Assembly (NCBI RefSeq): GCF_036365525.1
Contig: NW_027141721.1
Location: forward strand, 186,001-250,000
From: Heterodontus francisci
Lineage: Eukaryota
Length of the DNA: 64,000 nucleotides
Reading direction: 5' to 3'
How positions within the stretch are numbered: the first letter of the stretch is position 1; every line of letters begins with the position of its first letter. The notes under the pieces were generated by a model, which searched no databases, had not been told where the DNA came from, and saw only the letters and a list, made by a program, of their open reading frames with translations. The position numbers were made by a program, and so were the translations under genes. Below are positions 63,963-64,000 of this stretch, one piece after another.

Positions 63963-64000
63963 GGTTATTTGCACTATTTATCTATCTATTTACCTTGATT

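Noticed and set aside
1-64000. TRB D (GGGACAGGGGGC), J, C segments or trypsinogen genes
   Set aside because: Not found by eye in this window; the beta-chain assignment therefore rests on V sequence motifs only.

Overview
Vertebrate DNA, by inference from a cartilaginous fish: shark-type tRNA/V-SINE, Deu-domain SINE, and CR1, L2 and RTE LINEs. The window covers part of a T-cell receptor variable-gene cluster. Two intact TRBV30-like V genes (leader + V exon + 23-RSS) lie head-to-head at 60.4-60.9 kb (-) and 62.7-63.7 kb (+), and a CR1-truncated pseudogene paralog lies at 11.5-11.8 kb (-). No D, J or C segment was found. Between the V genes is a ~30 kb multi-exon + strand gene (CDS 18185-47930) that the ORF track shows only in pieces. 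Its predicted product is signal peptide - two tandem GP2/uromodulin-type D8C(D10C) domains - a stalk of duplicated 96-nt Ser/Thr/Glu/Pro exons - a short C-terminal module, with no ZP domain or membrane anchor. The stalk exons sit among ~12 kb of a 23-bp G-rich minisatellite, and some copies are decaying. Sequences ~49 kb apart are paralogous (1-5.3 kb vs 48.6-51.2 kb; 11.5-12.5 kb vs 60.5-61.6 kb), suggesting a repeating [D8C gene + TRBV] cassette, with an additional inverted paralog at 57.2-58.5 kb. Both V 23-RSSs carry a perfect AP-1 site overlapping the heptamer. Most long ORFs in the track are repeat artefacts or retrotransposon remnants. There is an assembly gap at 63765-63962.
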